A stretch of 64,000 nt of DNA, from the NCBI RefSeq assembly GCF_020745735.1, contig NC_083409.1:16416789-16480788 (forward strand), given 5' to 3'. A model generated the notes under the pieces. The model had not been told where the DNA came from and ran no database searches. It worked only from the letters and a program-made list of their open reading frames with translations. The DNA comes from Hemiscyllium ocellatum. Lineage: Eukaryota. This document shows, piece by piece, positions 8,030-20,550 of this stretch (the stretch's first letter is position 1; the number at the start of each line of letters is the position of its first letter). The translations under genes and the position numbers were made by a program.

Positions 8030-10553
8030 CATCCTGTCTGTACTGGTTCTCTGAATGCGCAATTCACTGAGGGTCATTCTCCTGCCTTCTCCCTGTCACC
8101 CTGCACATTGTTCCTTTTCAAATAACAGTCTCATTCCCTTCAAAATGTTTCAGTTGAAGCTGCCTCCACCACACTCTCAGGCAGTGCATTCCACACCTTA
8201 ACCACCCACTGGCTGAAAATGTTTTTTCCTCTTCTTTTGTTACTTTTACCAATTACTTTCAATCTGTGTTCTCTCGGTCTCAATCCTTTCTCAATTGGGA
8301 ACATTTTCTCCCTATTTATTCTGTTCAGGCCCCTCCTGATTTTGAATTCCTCGAACAAATCTCCTTCCAGCCTTCTCCAAAGAAGACAGTCCCAAATTCT
8401 CCAATCAAACTTCATAACTTATGTTCCTCATCCCTGGAATGACCTTTGGGAATATAATTTGTCATCTATCCAAAATATTCACATGCTTCCTCAATTAGTC
8501 ACATTATCTATGTCCCTCATGATTTTATAAATTTCTCAGCCTCCAATGCTGCAGGAAAAATTGCACCAGTTTATTTATCCTCTCCCTATCATTCAAACCC
8601 TTCAATTCCTAGCAAAATCTTTGTAAATCTCTTTCTGCACCTTTTAAAAGTTTAACAACATCCTTCCTATCACAGAAAGATCAGAATTGTTCACATTATT
8701 CCCAAAATGGCCTCACCAATCTCCTGTACAGCTGCAACATGATGTCCCAACTCCGATACTCAACACAGTGACCAATAAAGGTAAACGTTCCCAAAACCTT
8801 CTTCATCGCCCTGTCTCCCTGTGATCCAGTTTTAAGGAATAATGCAGCTTACCCTTACCTTCACCTTCACCCCTCACCCCTCACCTCACCCCTCACCCCT
8901 CACCCCTCAGTCAATTTGTTCAGCAACACTCCACAGGGCCCTCCCATTAACTGTATAAGTCCTGCCCTGGTTTGCCTTTCCAGAATGCAACAGCTCACAT
9001 TTATCTAAACTGAACTCCATTTGCCACATCTCTGCCCATTGCCCCATCTGATCAAGGTCCCACTGTACCCTGAGATAATCTTCTTCAATATCCACTGTCC
9101 CACCAATTTTGATGTCATTTACAAACTTATGTTAACTCCTATATTCACAGTGAAATCATTTATTTAAATGACCAAAAGCAGTGGACCCAGCACCACTCCT
9201 TGCGGCACACAGCTATTCACAGCTCTCCAATCTGAAAATCAACCCTTTACCACCACTCCCTCTCTCATATTTTCAAGCTAATGTTTTTACCCAAATGGCT
9301 AGCTTCCCCTGGATCCCATGTGGTCTAACCTTACGAACCAGTCTATCATGTGGAACCTTGTCAAATACTTTACTGAAGTCCATACAGACACTGTCTACTG
9401 TTCTGCCTTCATCAATCTTCTTTGTCACCTCCTCAATTAAATAATGGAGACACAATTTCCAATGCACAAAACCACATTGATTATCCAAATGGAAGGAAAT
9501 CCTATCCCTCAGAATCCACTCCAACATCTTACCCAGCACTGACATCATGCTCACTGGTCTATAGTCCCTGGCTTTTCCTTATAGCCATTCTGAAATAATG
9601 ATACAACAGTAGCCAACCTCTCTGGTTCTCAACACCTTACCTGTAGTTGTCGATGATAAACATATCTCAGCAAGGGGCCCAGCAATCTCTTCCTAGTTCC
9701 CACAATGTTCTGGGATACACCTGATCAGATCCTAGGGATTTACGTACCTTTATATGTTTAAAGACCTTTTGCATCTCCTCATTTGTATTGTGGACTTTTT
9801 GAAAGCAGCGCTATATTTTCCAAATTCCCTTGCATTCATGTCATTCTCCACAATAAATACTGACCTGAAATATTTGTTGAGGATCTCACCCATCTCCTGT
9901 GTCTTACCAAAATACAGCACTCACATTTATCTGAATTAAAACTCCATCTGCCATTCCTCAGCCCACTGGCCCAGTTGGTCAAGATCCCATGTACTCTTAG
10001 ACAGCCTTTTTCACTGGCCACGATGCCACCTGAAAATTCACCTGAACAAGTCTCACACCTTTGGCCCCTCTCTGCCCTTTACATTGCTACTACCCCTGTC
10101 TATATTCAGAAATTAAAGACCCCTTCCCCCAATTTTTATACGACTCTAACATATTTGTAGGTTTCTGTAAATTCCTTGCATTTGTATTCCTTCACATCCT
10201 TCCCACTGGGTGGTGACTTATTGACTGCACTGAGAATTCTGTGGACCTTGGTGTTCCTCTCTGATATTCCCCCCGGCTCTCACAGCCCTGCCAAGTTAGT
10301 TTAAACCCTCTCCAACAGCACGAGTAATCACCACAAAGGAACTCAGTCCCAGCTCTGTTCAGGAGCAACACTGTCAGGTCTGTCCAGGTGCCATCTCCCC
10401 CAGACCCACTCTCAATGTCCCCCAAAAATCTAAAGCCCTCCCTCCTGGACCTTTTCTCCAGCTCCCTCCACAGTCACCTGCGTTACCTCCTGTTCCTCTT
10501 CTCACTTGCATGGGATAAAGGGAGGAATCTGAAGATTCCTACCTTTTAGCTCC
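8030..10553 (-). mobile_element. Nested CR1-type LINE fragments
   Basis: ORFs 8140-8415, 8907-9095, 9273-9554 (DFSKVFDKVPH), 9836-10021 are decayed CR1 RT pieces. Confidence 0.8.
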
Positions 10554-10566
10554 NNNNNNNNNNNNN
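10554..10566. other. Assembly gap (13 N) at an orientation switch
   Basis: N run; sequence to the right is the reverse complement of ~7985-8100. Confidence 0.99.
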
Positions 10567-11000
10567 GGACAGGGAGAAGGCAGGAGAATGACACTCAGTC
10601 AATTGCTCATTCAGAGAGCCAGTACAGATGGGATGGGGCAGAATGGTCTCCTTTTGCACTGTAACAGTTTTGTGATTGTGTGATTGTGTTAGAGTTAAAG
10701 CTGGTGGAGGTGGGAGCTCGGTGTCTCACTGTGCTGCTGCTGCTGCTGTGCTGCTGAGATCAGTGAGATCAGAGACTGGGACAGGGAGCCAGAGCTCACA
10801 TCAAACTTGCCCCGTGTCCGTCACACTGAGACTGGCAGGAGGCTACTCACTGATTTCACTCCATGCTGCAGGAATGGGCCACAGGCTGCAAATGGACAGA
10901 GCTCCTCCACACAGTGAGTAAACTTCCTGACTTTGTCTTGCTTAAAGGGGGCAATGGAACTAAAGAAATACAGCTGGACACCCTGTTAAACACAGTGCTC
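10567..11000 (-). promoter_or_regulatory. Inverted paralog of the J-C intron element, unit 2
   Basis: Reverse complement of ~7620-8100; CACTGTG at 10727-10733. Confidence 0.5.
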
Positions 11001-11097
11001 CTCAATAAACCATTTCATTCACTGCAGCTTCCCACTAACACCTTCAACAATTCAGCATTTGTGTTTTAGCAAGTTGATATTGAAAGGGTTTACTTAC

Positions 11098-11427
11098 TCA
11101 GTCGGAGTTTGGTTCCTTTACCGAACGTAAGGGAAGCTCTCACTTTGCTGACAGTAATAATCAGCGACATCCTCATTCTGAACGTTGCTGATTGTCAGGG
11201 TGAAATGTGTGCTGGACACTTCTGTCCGGTGAATCTGTTTGAGACTCCTGTGAATAGTGATGCAGCATTGTAGATCAGGAGAGAGGGTTTCTGTCCTTCC
11301 CGCTGCTGGAACCATTCAACATCACCACTGGCACTCTGACTGGATTTACAGGTGATGGTTGCGGTCTGGCCCAGTTCCACTGACAGCACCGGGGGAGACT
11401 GAGTCATGATGATGTCCCCACTGATAC
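11098..11427 (-). pseudogene. IGKV: Joined V-J kappa exon, non-functional (unit 2)
   Basis: [27 protein letters not shown]..; +2 frameshift near 11220-11227 gives TGA at 11195-11197; V fused to J without RSS; 25 nt between Cys and Phe codons; donor GTAAGT 11097-11092. Confidence 0.93.
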
Positions 11428-11613
11428 CTGAGGGGTCAGAGAGGAACACAGTGAAGTCAGAACTGTCACAGAAAGAGCCAGTCAAATGAGAGATTGTTGG
11501 AGACACTGAGCATTCCTCTGGTTTCAGCATTTTCCCTTCAATCACAAGTCAGTGGAATTGGAGTGAAATGGAGAGCAGCTAAAGATTCAAGGTGGAAGGA
11601 GAGAGATTTGTAC

Positions 11614-11662
11614 CTGCGACACAGAATGCCAGGGGCCAGATCAGCTGGGTGTGTGAAATCAT
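11614..11662 (-). pseudogene. IGKV: Leader exon, unit 2 (MISHTQLIWPLAFCVAG)
   Basis: ATG 11662-11660, 49 nt, intact GT donor. Confidence 0.93.
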
Positions 11663-11722
11663 GGTGTGTGCTCCTGTCCCTGTGCCTGGTTCCTGATAAA
11701 CTCTCCCTTCACTGGGCTCTGC

Positions 11723-11821
11723 TTTATAAAGCTGCAGCCTGTGTGAGTCTGACTGGGTGTTCCTCAGTATGTAAATAGCATCAGGCAGAGAGAGCCACGT
11801 CAGCCCCCCACACTTCCTGTT
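11723..11821 (-). promoter_or_regulatory. V-kappa promoter, unit 2
   Basis: TTTATAAA 11723-11730, ATGTAAAT 11769-11776, CCACGTCA 11795-11802, Ets site CACTTCCTGTT 11811-11821. Confidence 0.8.
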
Positions 11822-11970
11822 TTTACTCTCTCTCTCTCTCATCCTTCCCTAGTTCCTCCCACCCTTTTCCCTTCTATCTCTTTTTCACCTTTCTCTTGAA
11901 TATAATCCTGTTGTTCATTGACTTACTCCCTCTTTTTCTTTTGATCTCCCTTTCCTTCTGTATTGGTTGG

Positions 11971-12003
<33 letters not shown>

Positions 12004-12406
12004 GTCTGATCATCCATTCCTCTCCATCACTTATCTTTCTACCTGTTTCCTCACTCGCCCCCACAATCTCTCATTGCCTCACTCCATCCTTGTCTCTCTC
12101 CCTCCAGTCACTCTCTAACTGATCTCTATAGCAGGTGTTGTTCCAGAACATTGGAACACTGAGTCATGGGCAGCAGCTAAATGCCTCGCCCTCTCTCACT
12201 CAATCTCACAATGTGCACTTGTTCTCTCGCTCTCTCTCTCTCTCTCTCCTCACTCTCTGTCTTCTGTCTCTCTATCTCTCAATCAGAAGCTCAATGACAT
12301 GAACAGCATTGAACAACTTGCAAAAGTCATTAACGCTAATCCCACCTTGGCATTGAGGGAGAGGATCAGCCAGGATCATATTGAATGACAGAGCAGCCTC
12401 ACAAGA

Positions 12407-13230
12407 CCAAACCCAAACCTAAACCCTAATCCTAACCCGAACACTAACCCTAACACTAACCATAACCCAGAACCCAACCCTAACCTGAACCTGAACCCGA
12501 ACCCTAACCCGTACCCTAACCCAAACCCTAACCCTAACCCTAACCCTAACCCAAACCCTAACCCTAATTCCAAACCCTAACCCTAACCCATACCCTAACC
12601 CAAACCCAAACCCTAATCCTAACCCGAACACAAACCCTAACCCTAACCCTAACACAAAACCCAACCCTAACCCGAACCTGAACCTGAAACCTNNNNNNNN
12701 NNNNNNNNNNNNNNNNNNNNNNNNNNNNNNNNNNNNNNNNNNNNNNNNNNNNNNNNNNNNNNNNNNNNNNNNNNNNNNNNNNNNNNNNNNNNNNNNNNNN
12801 NNNNNNNNNNNNNNNNNNNNNNNNNNNNNNNNNNNNNNNNNNNNNNNNNNNNNNNNNNCGAACCTGAACCCGAACCCTAATCCATACCCTAACCTAAACC
12901 GTAACCCTAACCCTAACCCTAACCCAAACCCAAACCCCAACCCCAACCCCAACCATAACCCAAACTCTAACCCAAAACCTAACTCAAACCCGAACCCTAA
13001 CACAAACCCAAACCCGAACCCAAACCCTAACCTGAACCCAAACCCAAACGCTAACCCTAACCCCAACCCTAAACCTAACCTATACCGCAACCCAAACCCA
13101 AACCCAAACCCCAACCCCAAACCCCAACCCCAACCCCTACCCCAACTCTAACCCAAACTCTAACCCAAAACCTAACCCGAACCCTAACCAAACCCAAACC
13201 CTAACCCGTAACCTAACCCGTACCCTAACC
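12407..13230 (-). repeat. Degenerate interstitial telomere-like array spanning a 166-N gap (12693-12858)
   Basis: CCCTAA mixed with CCCAAA, CCCGAA, CCTGAA, CCCCAA hexamers. Confidence 0.9.
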
Positions 13231-13359
13231 AGAACATTACTCCTGCTCCCTGTTTCTATCTATGTACGTCTGTGATATCTTCAATCTCTGCCCCTGGGTA
13301 TTGATTCCTCTACTCATGGAAAAATTGACTTCTTGTCCACTATATCTCTGCCCCTCATA

Positions 13360-16300
13360 ATCTTATAGCTCTTTATTAGGTCCCCTTTCAACCTTCACTG
13401 CTCCAAGATAAACAAACACAGCCTTTCCAATCCTTCCTCACAGCTCAGACCCTCCAGGCCAGGCAGCATCCTGGGAAATCTCTGCATCCTCTCGAGTACA
13501 GTCATATTCTTCTCATAATGTCTCTTTCACTAGATTCTCTTTACTCCTAGTCTCACACCTACTTTGCATCTTTCTCTCTCTCTCTCTCTCCTCTCCCTCA
13601 GTCACACTGTTTCATACTCTATCTCATTCTCTCTCTCTCTCTCTTTCTCTCTGTTTCTATTATTCAACCCCACCATCTCTACCTCCCTCTAACTCTCTGT
13701 CCCTCTCCCTCTCTACTTTTGCTCATCTTACATTTCCTCAGGCTCACTCTACCTCTATCTCATTCACACCCTGTCCTTCTCTCTCTCCCTCTCTCTCTCT
13801 CACTCTCTCTCTCCAAATGGCCCTCTCCCTCTCTCTCTTTCTCTCTCTGTCTTACTCTATCTCCCTCTCTCTTTCTTTCCCACAACATCCCAGGTGGTAA
13901 CAGTTAAATACAGGGTAAATCTCCCTCTGCTTTGAACCACCAATAGGTGTTAACCCTTGACCCCAGAAGCATGTCTTCTCCTGGAGGAAGGTCCCATTTC
14001 CCACATTGACCAGGCTTTGGTATCTCTCAGGAAGACAGACATATTCTTGCCAAATGAAGGGCAGTTTTGTGCTGTTGGCTTATTCTCACTGGGGACTGGT
14101 TCAGACGCAAACCTCATTCCATGAAGGCTCAGCAGAGAGAGGAGATCCTCAGGCCATGAGTGTGAATTGGAGGGACAGGACAGGTTCTGACCCACTGACC
14201 CATCCTGTCCATTCATAACATGTTCCAATACCTTCTCCTCTCCTTCCCCTTCCATGGTCAAGCTCCAGTTTTACTGTCAAGGTAAGAACCCTCCTGGTCC
14301 TCACCTTCCACCCCACTGACCTTCGTATACATTGCATCATCCTCCGTTATTTCTGCCACCTATAAACAGATGCCAGCAACAGAGATATATTTCCCTTCCC
14401 ATCCCTATCTGCTTTCCATAAAGACCATTCCTTCTGTGACTCACTCATCAGGTCCACCACCAATCCACCGTCCCCACTCGGCACCTTCCCCTGCCACCAA
14501 AGAAACCTGAGCCCACAACACCCCCCTTATCTCTGTCCAAAACTCCAAAGGAGCCTTCCACATCCATCAAAGTTCCACCTGCACTTCCACATGTGTCATT
14601 TACTGTATCCGTTGCTCCCAATGCGGTCTCTTCTAATTGAGGAGACAGGATGTCTTCGAGCAGAATGCTTCAGAGAACTTCTCCGGACACTCGCACCAAC
14701 CAACCTCACCGCCCCTGGCCAAACACTTCAACTCTGCCTCCTACTCTGCCAAGGACATGTAGGTCATGGGCCTCCTACATCACCACTTCCTAGCCACCCG
14801 ACACCTGGAGGAAGAACACCTCATCTTCTGCCTCAGGACCCTCCAACCCCACGGCATCAATGTGAATTTTACCAGGTTCCACGTTTCCCCTCTCCCCATC
14901 TTATCCTAGTTTCAATCTTTCAACTCGGCACTGTCCCATCTGTCCCCACATGACCTGTCCCATCTGTCAATCTTCCTTCCCACCTATCCTCTCCACCCTC
15001 CTCTCCGACCGATCTCCATTACCCTTACCTCCATCTATCTCTCACACTCTCAGCTTCCTTCCCTCCAACTTTGGAATGAGGACCAGGAAGAGATAATTCA
15101 GTCCTTCGAGCCCTGATCTTGCCTGACCTTATCCTCCTCTCCACTTTCCAGACTGCTCCCTATTGCCCTCTATCCTGCTTTTCATCAGAAAGATATCTGC
15201 TTCTTTATTGAATCTGTTGATTGACTTTGCCTCCACTGTGCTCTGGGGGCAGTGACTTCCACAGATTCTCAACCCTCTGAGAGAACGCCTTACAATAGAA
15301 TAGAATCCCTTCAGTATAGAGACAGGTCATTTGGCCCAACAGGTCCATAGCGGCCCTTCAAAGAGCATTCCACCCAGACCCATCCCCTTACCCTTTCCCT
15401 GTAACCCTACATTTCCCATGACTAATGAACCTAACCTACACATCCCTGAACACAATGGGAAATTTAGCATAGCCAATCCTCCAAGTACATACATCTTTCA
15501 ACTGTGGGAGCAGCACCCAGATAAAACCCCCACAGATAGGGGGAGAATCTACAAACTCCACACAGCTGCCCAAGGGTGGGATCAAACGCAGCTCCCTGAA
15601 CTGTGAGGCAGTAGTGCTAACACTGCACCACCATGCCATTGTAGTTTATCCACATCACAGTTTTGAACCTACCTCACCCATTCTATATCTATGACCTATT
15701 GTTCGAGACTGTCCCACAGGAGGGACATCTGTTCCATGTCTGACTTATCAGTCCCCTTTAGCATCTTATTTTCCTCGCTCAGATCCCCTGTCATGCGACT
15801 GAATTCCAGTGAGTATAAGCCCAAGCTATTCAACTATTCCTCATACGACAGCCCTTTCATCCCGGGAATCAGTCTGGTGAATATCCTCTGAACTGCATCC
15901 AGTGCCACCATATCCTTCATCAAATAAGGAGACCAAAACTGGACACAATACTTCAGATGTGGTCTCACCAATGCCTCACAGAATTGTAACAATATTTCCT
16001 TAATTCTGTAATCCAGTCCTTTTATAATAAATACCAAGATTCTAATAGCTGTAAGAAATGCCAACATTCCAATTCCATGGAACTCAATTGGAACCTCCAA
16101 CAGAGATCAGTAAACATGGGCCTCCTTCCATCTGGACTCTCCAAAAGACGCCAATAAACCTGGACCTCATTCCCACTGGGCCATCCAACAGAGATCAGTA
16201 ACCATGGGCCTCCATCCCACTGGGATGTCTAATGGACAGCAGTGAGCACGGGCCTCTTTCTCACTGGCCCTCCATATTGGAACTTCAAACCCCACATCCT

Positions 16301-16420
16301 CTCCATCACGAGGTCTTCTATTTCAATCTCCACAAGATTGATCGTCTATGCACGACATCAGCCCCATGACCACAGAAACCTTTATTCCTGCTCATCCCAT
16401 ATCTAAACTCTCCCAGCTTA
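13360..16420 (-). repeat. Inverted paralog of the V-upstream module, unit 2, with Penelope, SINE and CR1 insertions
   Basis: 13.36-13.5 kb matches ~5.4-5.53 kb; 13.88-14.27 kb matches 4.2-4.85 kb without the Penelope insert; 16.1-16.42 kb matches 3.57-4.0 kb. Confidence 0.8.
14285..15060 (+). mobile_element. Decayed Penelope-like (GIY-YIG) fragment
   Basis: Opposite-strand homolog of the 19.56-20.55 kb element. Confidence 0.65.
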
Positions 16421-16429
16421 GAGTCATAG

Positions 16430-18210
16430 AGTCAGAGAGATATACAACACGGAAACAGACCCTTTGGTCCAACACATCCATGCCGACCAGATATCCCAAC
16501 GTAATCTAGTCCCACCTGCCAGCACCCGGCCCATATCCGTCCAAACCCTTCCTATTCATATGCCCATCCAGATGTCTTTTAAATGTTGTAATTGTACCAG
16601 CCTCCACCACTTCCTCTGACAGCCCATTCCATAGACGTACCACCTGATGCATGAAAACGTTGCCCCTCAATACTCTTCTATATCTTTCCCCTCTCACCCT
16701 AAACGTAACCTCTCAAGTTCTGGACTCCCCTACCCCCGGGAAAAAACTTTGTCTATCTACCTTATTTATGCCCCTCATGATTTTGTAAGCCCCCAAAAGG
16801 CCATTCCTCAGCCTACAACGTTCCAAGGGAAACAGCCCTAGCCCATTCAACCTCTTCCTATAGCTCAAATCCTCAAACCCTGGCAACATCCTTTTAAATC
16901 TTTTCTGAACCTTTTCAAGTTTTACAACATCCTTCTGAAAGGAAGGAGACCAGAATTGCACAGAATATTCCAAACTTGGTCTAAGCAATGTCCTGTTAGG
17001 CCACAACATGACCTCCCAACCCCTGCTCTCAATACTCTGAACAATAAAGGAAAGCATACCAAACACCTTCTTCACTATCCTATCTACCTGCGATTCTACT
17101 TTCAAGGAGCTATGAACCTGCACTCCAAGGTCTCTTTGTTCAGCAAAACACCCATACCATTAAGTGTATAAGTCCTGCTAAGTTTTGCTTTCCCAAAATG
17201 GAGCATTAATCTAAATCAAACTCCATCTGCCACTCCTCAGCCCATTGGCTCATCTGATCAAGATCCCATTGTAATCTGAGGTAACCTTCTTCGATGTCCA
17301 CTACACCTCCAATTTTGGTGTCATTTGCAAACTTACTAACTCTACCTCTTTAGCACACATCCAAATCATTTATATAAATGATGAAAAGTAGCAATGATCT
17401 TTGTGGCACTCCACTGGTCACAGGCCTCCAATCTGCAAAACAACTCTCCAACACCACCCTCTGTCTTCTACTTTTAAGCCATTTCTGTATTCAAATGGCC
17501 AGTTCTCCCTGTATTCGGTGAGATCTTACCTTGCTAACCAGTCTCCCATGGGGAATCTTGTTGAACGCCTTACTGAAGTCCGTATAGATCCCGTCTACCA
17601 TTCTGCCCTCATCAATCCTCTTTGTTATTTCTTCAAAAGACTCAATCAAGTTTGTGAGACATGATTTTCCAGGCAGAAAGCCATGTTGACTATCCCTAAT
17701 CAGTCCTTGCCTTTCCAAATACATGTACATCCAGTCCCTCAGAATTCCCTACAACAACTTGCTCACCAAGACGTCAGGCTCACTCGTCTATAGTTCCCTG
17801 GCCTGTCCTTACCAACTTTCTTAAACAGTGGCACCACATTAGCCAACTTCCAGACTTCCAGCACCTCACCTGTGACTATTGATGATACAAATATCTCAGC
17901 AAGAGGCCCAGCAATCACTTCCCAAGCTTCCCACAGAGTTCTACAGGACACCTGATCAGATCCTGAGGATTTATCCATTTTTATGCGTTTCAAGACATCC
18001 AGCACTTCCTCCCCTGATATATGGCCATTTTTCAAGGCGTCACTATCTATTTCCCTCCATTCTATATCACCCATTTCCTTTTCCACAAAATACTAGTTCA
18101 GTATCTCCCCCATCTCCTGCGGCTCCAAACAAAGGCCACCGAGCTGATCTTTGAGCGGCCCTAATCTCTCCCTAGTTACCCTTTTGTCCTTAATGTATTT
18201 GTAATGTCCC
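16430..18210 (-). mobile_element. CR1-type LINE, RT region, 5'-truncated
   Basis: Collinear ORFs 17763-18086, 17491-17730 (QHGF..GKSCLTNL, DFSKAF), 16713-17123 (LEYSVQFWSP), 16506-16697. Confidence 0.9.
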
Positions 18211-19054
18211 TTTGGATCTTCTTCAACCTTTGCTGTGTAAATTTCAAATTGTCTGCAACAGACTAGTCCCTTCCCTGTCTCACACCAAGGAGGAGATTGT
18301 CCATCAATAATGATTAGAAGGGTTATGGAGAATGGGGGTAGTCAGAATTGATCAAACAGATGATAGCTCCTGCAGTTGAATATCCTGCTGGCATGCTCCA
18401 GCCTTTTACACTCAGAATGGGGAAGTGTGTACTGTAGGGCTCCTTGGAACTATCCCTCATCATCAAGTGTCCCTCAGGAGGGGAGAGAGAATGTTCAGGG
18501 TCCTGATCCATTTCCCAGCCCAGGCAGTTTGTCTCACGGTGAATGGATGAGATGCCAATTTGGAGCCCAGGTTAGGGACAGGCTCTGCTTCTCTACAAGA
18601 GGCAACTAGAGATCGAGCTGAAAAGGAAAGATTTACTGGGTTATGGGAGAGGGAGGGGCAGTGGGATTAATTGGATCACTCACAGACATGATGGGCTGAA
18701 TGGTCTCCTCGTGTGCTAGGGGGAGCAGATTTAGGACTGAATTGAGAAGGAACTTCTTCACCCAGAGGGTGGTGAATCTATGGAATTCCCTCCCCAGCGA
18801 AGTGGTTGAGGTTTCCTCAGTAAATGTTTTTAAAGCTAAGACAGGTAATTTTTTGAACAGAAAATGAATCAAGGGTTTTGGTGAAAAGGTGGGTAGGGGG
18901 AGCTGAGGCCATGAAAAGATCAGTCATGATCTTACAGAATGGCAGAGCAGCCCCAGGGGCCAGAGAGCTTGCTCCTGCTCCTGGTTTTAATGTTCTTATG
19001 TGCTGTCAGATTCCAGGGAGTGCAGACCGTTCACAGTTTTCCCCCATCACAATA

Positions 19055-19255
19055 ACAAACATCCAGCTGCTCCGAGCTCCTTCTTTCACTTCCTCTCTCG
19101 GTGAAGTTTCAACCTTATGCTCTGACAGCCTTTGCAGTTATTTTTTATACTGGGGCTTTCTGCTGTGGTCAGAATCTCTAATAATAAGTGTCCAATCAGT
19201 GACAATCACAGCAGCTAAGAGCAGTCAGGACTGAGGAGCCAGGCTCACTGGGAAA
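19055..19255 (-). promoter_or_regulatory. Conserved upstream element, copy 2
   Basis: TTTCACTTCC 19084-19093, TTTTTTATA 19141-19149, CCAAT retained. Confidence 0.55.
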
Positions 19256-19559
19256 CACATTGGGAAGATCAAAGCCATCCTCTTCAGGTCCCGGTACAAC
19301 CTCCATCCCTCTCCCTGAGCACTGTCTGCTGCTCAACCAGACTCTTCACAAAAACAGAATACCTCAGCAGGTCTGGCGGCATCTGGGGAAAGAAATCAAC
19401 GTTAACATGTCGGGTGGTGTGACCTTTGCTCAGAACAGTTCTGAAGAAGGTTCACTTGTCCCAAAATGTTAACTGGATTAGTGGTGCTGGAAGAGCACAG
19501 CAGTCCAGGCAGCTTCCAAAGTGCAGCGAAATCGACGTTAAGACCCCTTAATAAGGAAT

Positions 19560-20550
19560 AAAGGCAGTGAGCCTGAAGCGTGGAGAGATAAGCTAGAGGA
19601 GGGTGGGGGTGGGGAGAAAGTAGCATAGAGTACAATGGGTGAGTGTGGGAGGGGATGAAGGTGATAGGTCAGGGAGGAGAGGGTGGAGTGGATAGGTGAA
19701 AAAGGAGACAGGCAGGTAGGGTAAGTCCGGACAAGTCATGGGGACAGCTGGAAGTTGGGGACTAGGATGAGGTGGGGGAAGGGAAAATGAGGAAACTGCT
19801 GAAGTCCACATTGATGCCCTGGGGTTGAAGTGTTCCGAGGTGTAAGATGAGGCGTTCTTCCTCCAGGCGTCTGGTGGTGAGGGAGTGGCGGTGAAGGAGG
19901 CCCAGGACCTCCATGTCCTCAGCAGAGTGGGAGGGGGAGTTGAAATGTTAGGCCATGGGGTGGTGTGGTTGATTGGTGCGGGTATCCCAGAGATGTTCCC
20001 TAAAGTGCTCTGCTAGGAGGCGCCCAGTCTCCCCAATGTAGAGGAGACCGCATCGGTAGCAACCGATACAATAAATGATATTGGTGGATGTGCAGGTAAA
20101 ACTTTGATGGATGTGGAATTCTCCTTTAGGTCCTTGGATAGACGTGAGTGAGGAGGTGTGGGCACAGGTTTTACAGTTCCTGCAGTGGCAGGGGAAAGTG
20201 CCAGGATGGGAGGGTGGGTTGTAGGAAGGCGTGGACCTGACCAGGTAGTCACGGAGGGAATGGTCTTTGCGGAAGGCGGAAAGTGGTGGGGAGGGAAATA
20301 TATCCCCGGTGGTGGGGTCCTTTTGGAGGTGGCAGAGATGTCGGCGGATGATTTGGTTTATGCAAAGGCTTGTAGGGTGGAAGGTGAGCACCAGGGGCGT
20401 TCTGTCCTTGTTACAGTTGGAGGGGTTGGGTCTGAGGGTGGAGGTGCGGGATGTGGACGAATTGCGTTGGAGGGCATCTTTAACCACGTGGGAAGGGAAA
20501 TTGCGTTCTCTAAAGAAAGAAGCCATCTGGTGTGTTCTATGATGGAACTG
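19560..20550 (-). mobile_element. Penelope-like element (RT thumb plus GIY-YIG endonuclease)
   Basis: ORF 19948-20634: PLVLTFHP..C..C..NIIYCI.C..C.LLYIGETGR. Confidence 0.9.

Larger units (their letters stand above)
1..8030 (+). repeat. Segmental duplicate copy A of an Ig-kappa cluster (matches 56423-64000)
   Basis: Base-by-base match to 56423 onward, offset ~56.42 kb; identical ORF pairs (452-703/56875-57126, 1914-2468/58337-58891). The other copy lacks 7037-7508. Confidence 0.95.

Noticed and set aside
12419-13120. 233-aa Gly/Leu/Phe-rich ORF
   Set aside because: Translation of the hexamer array across an N gap.
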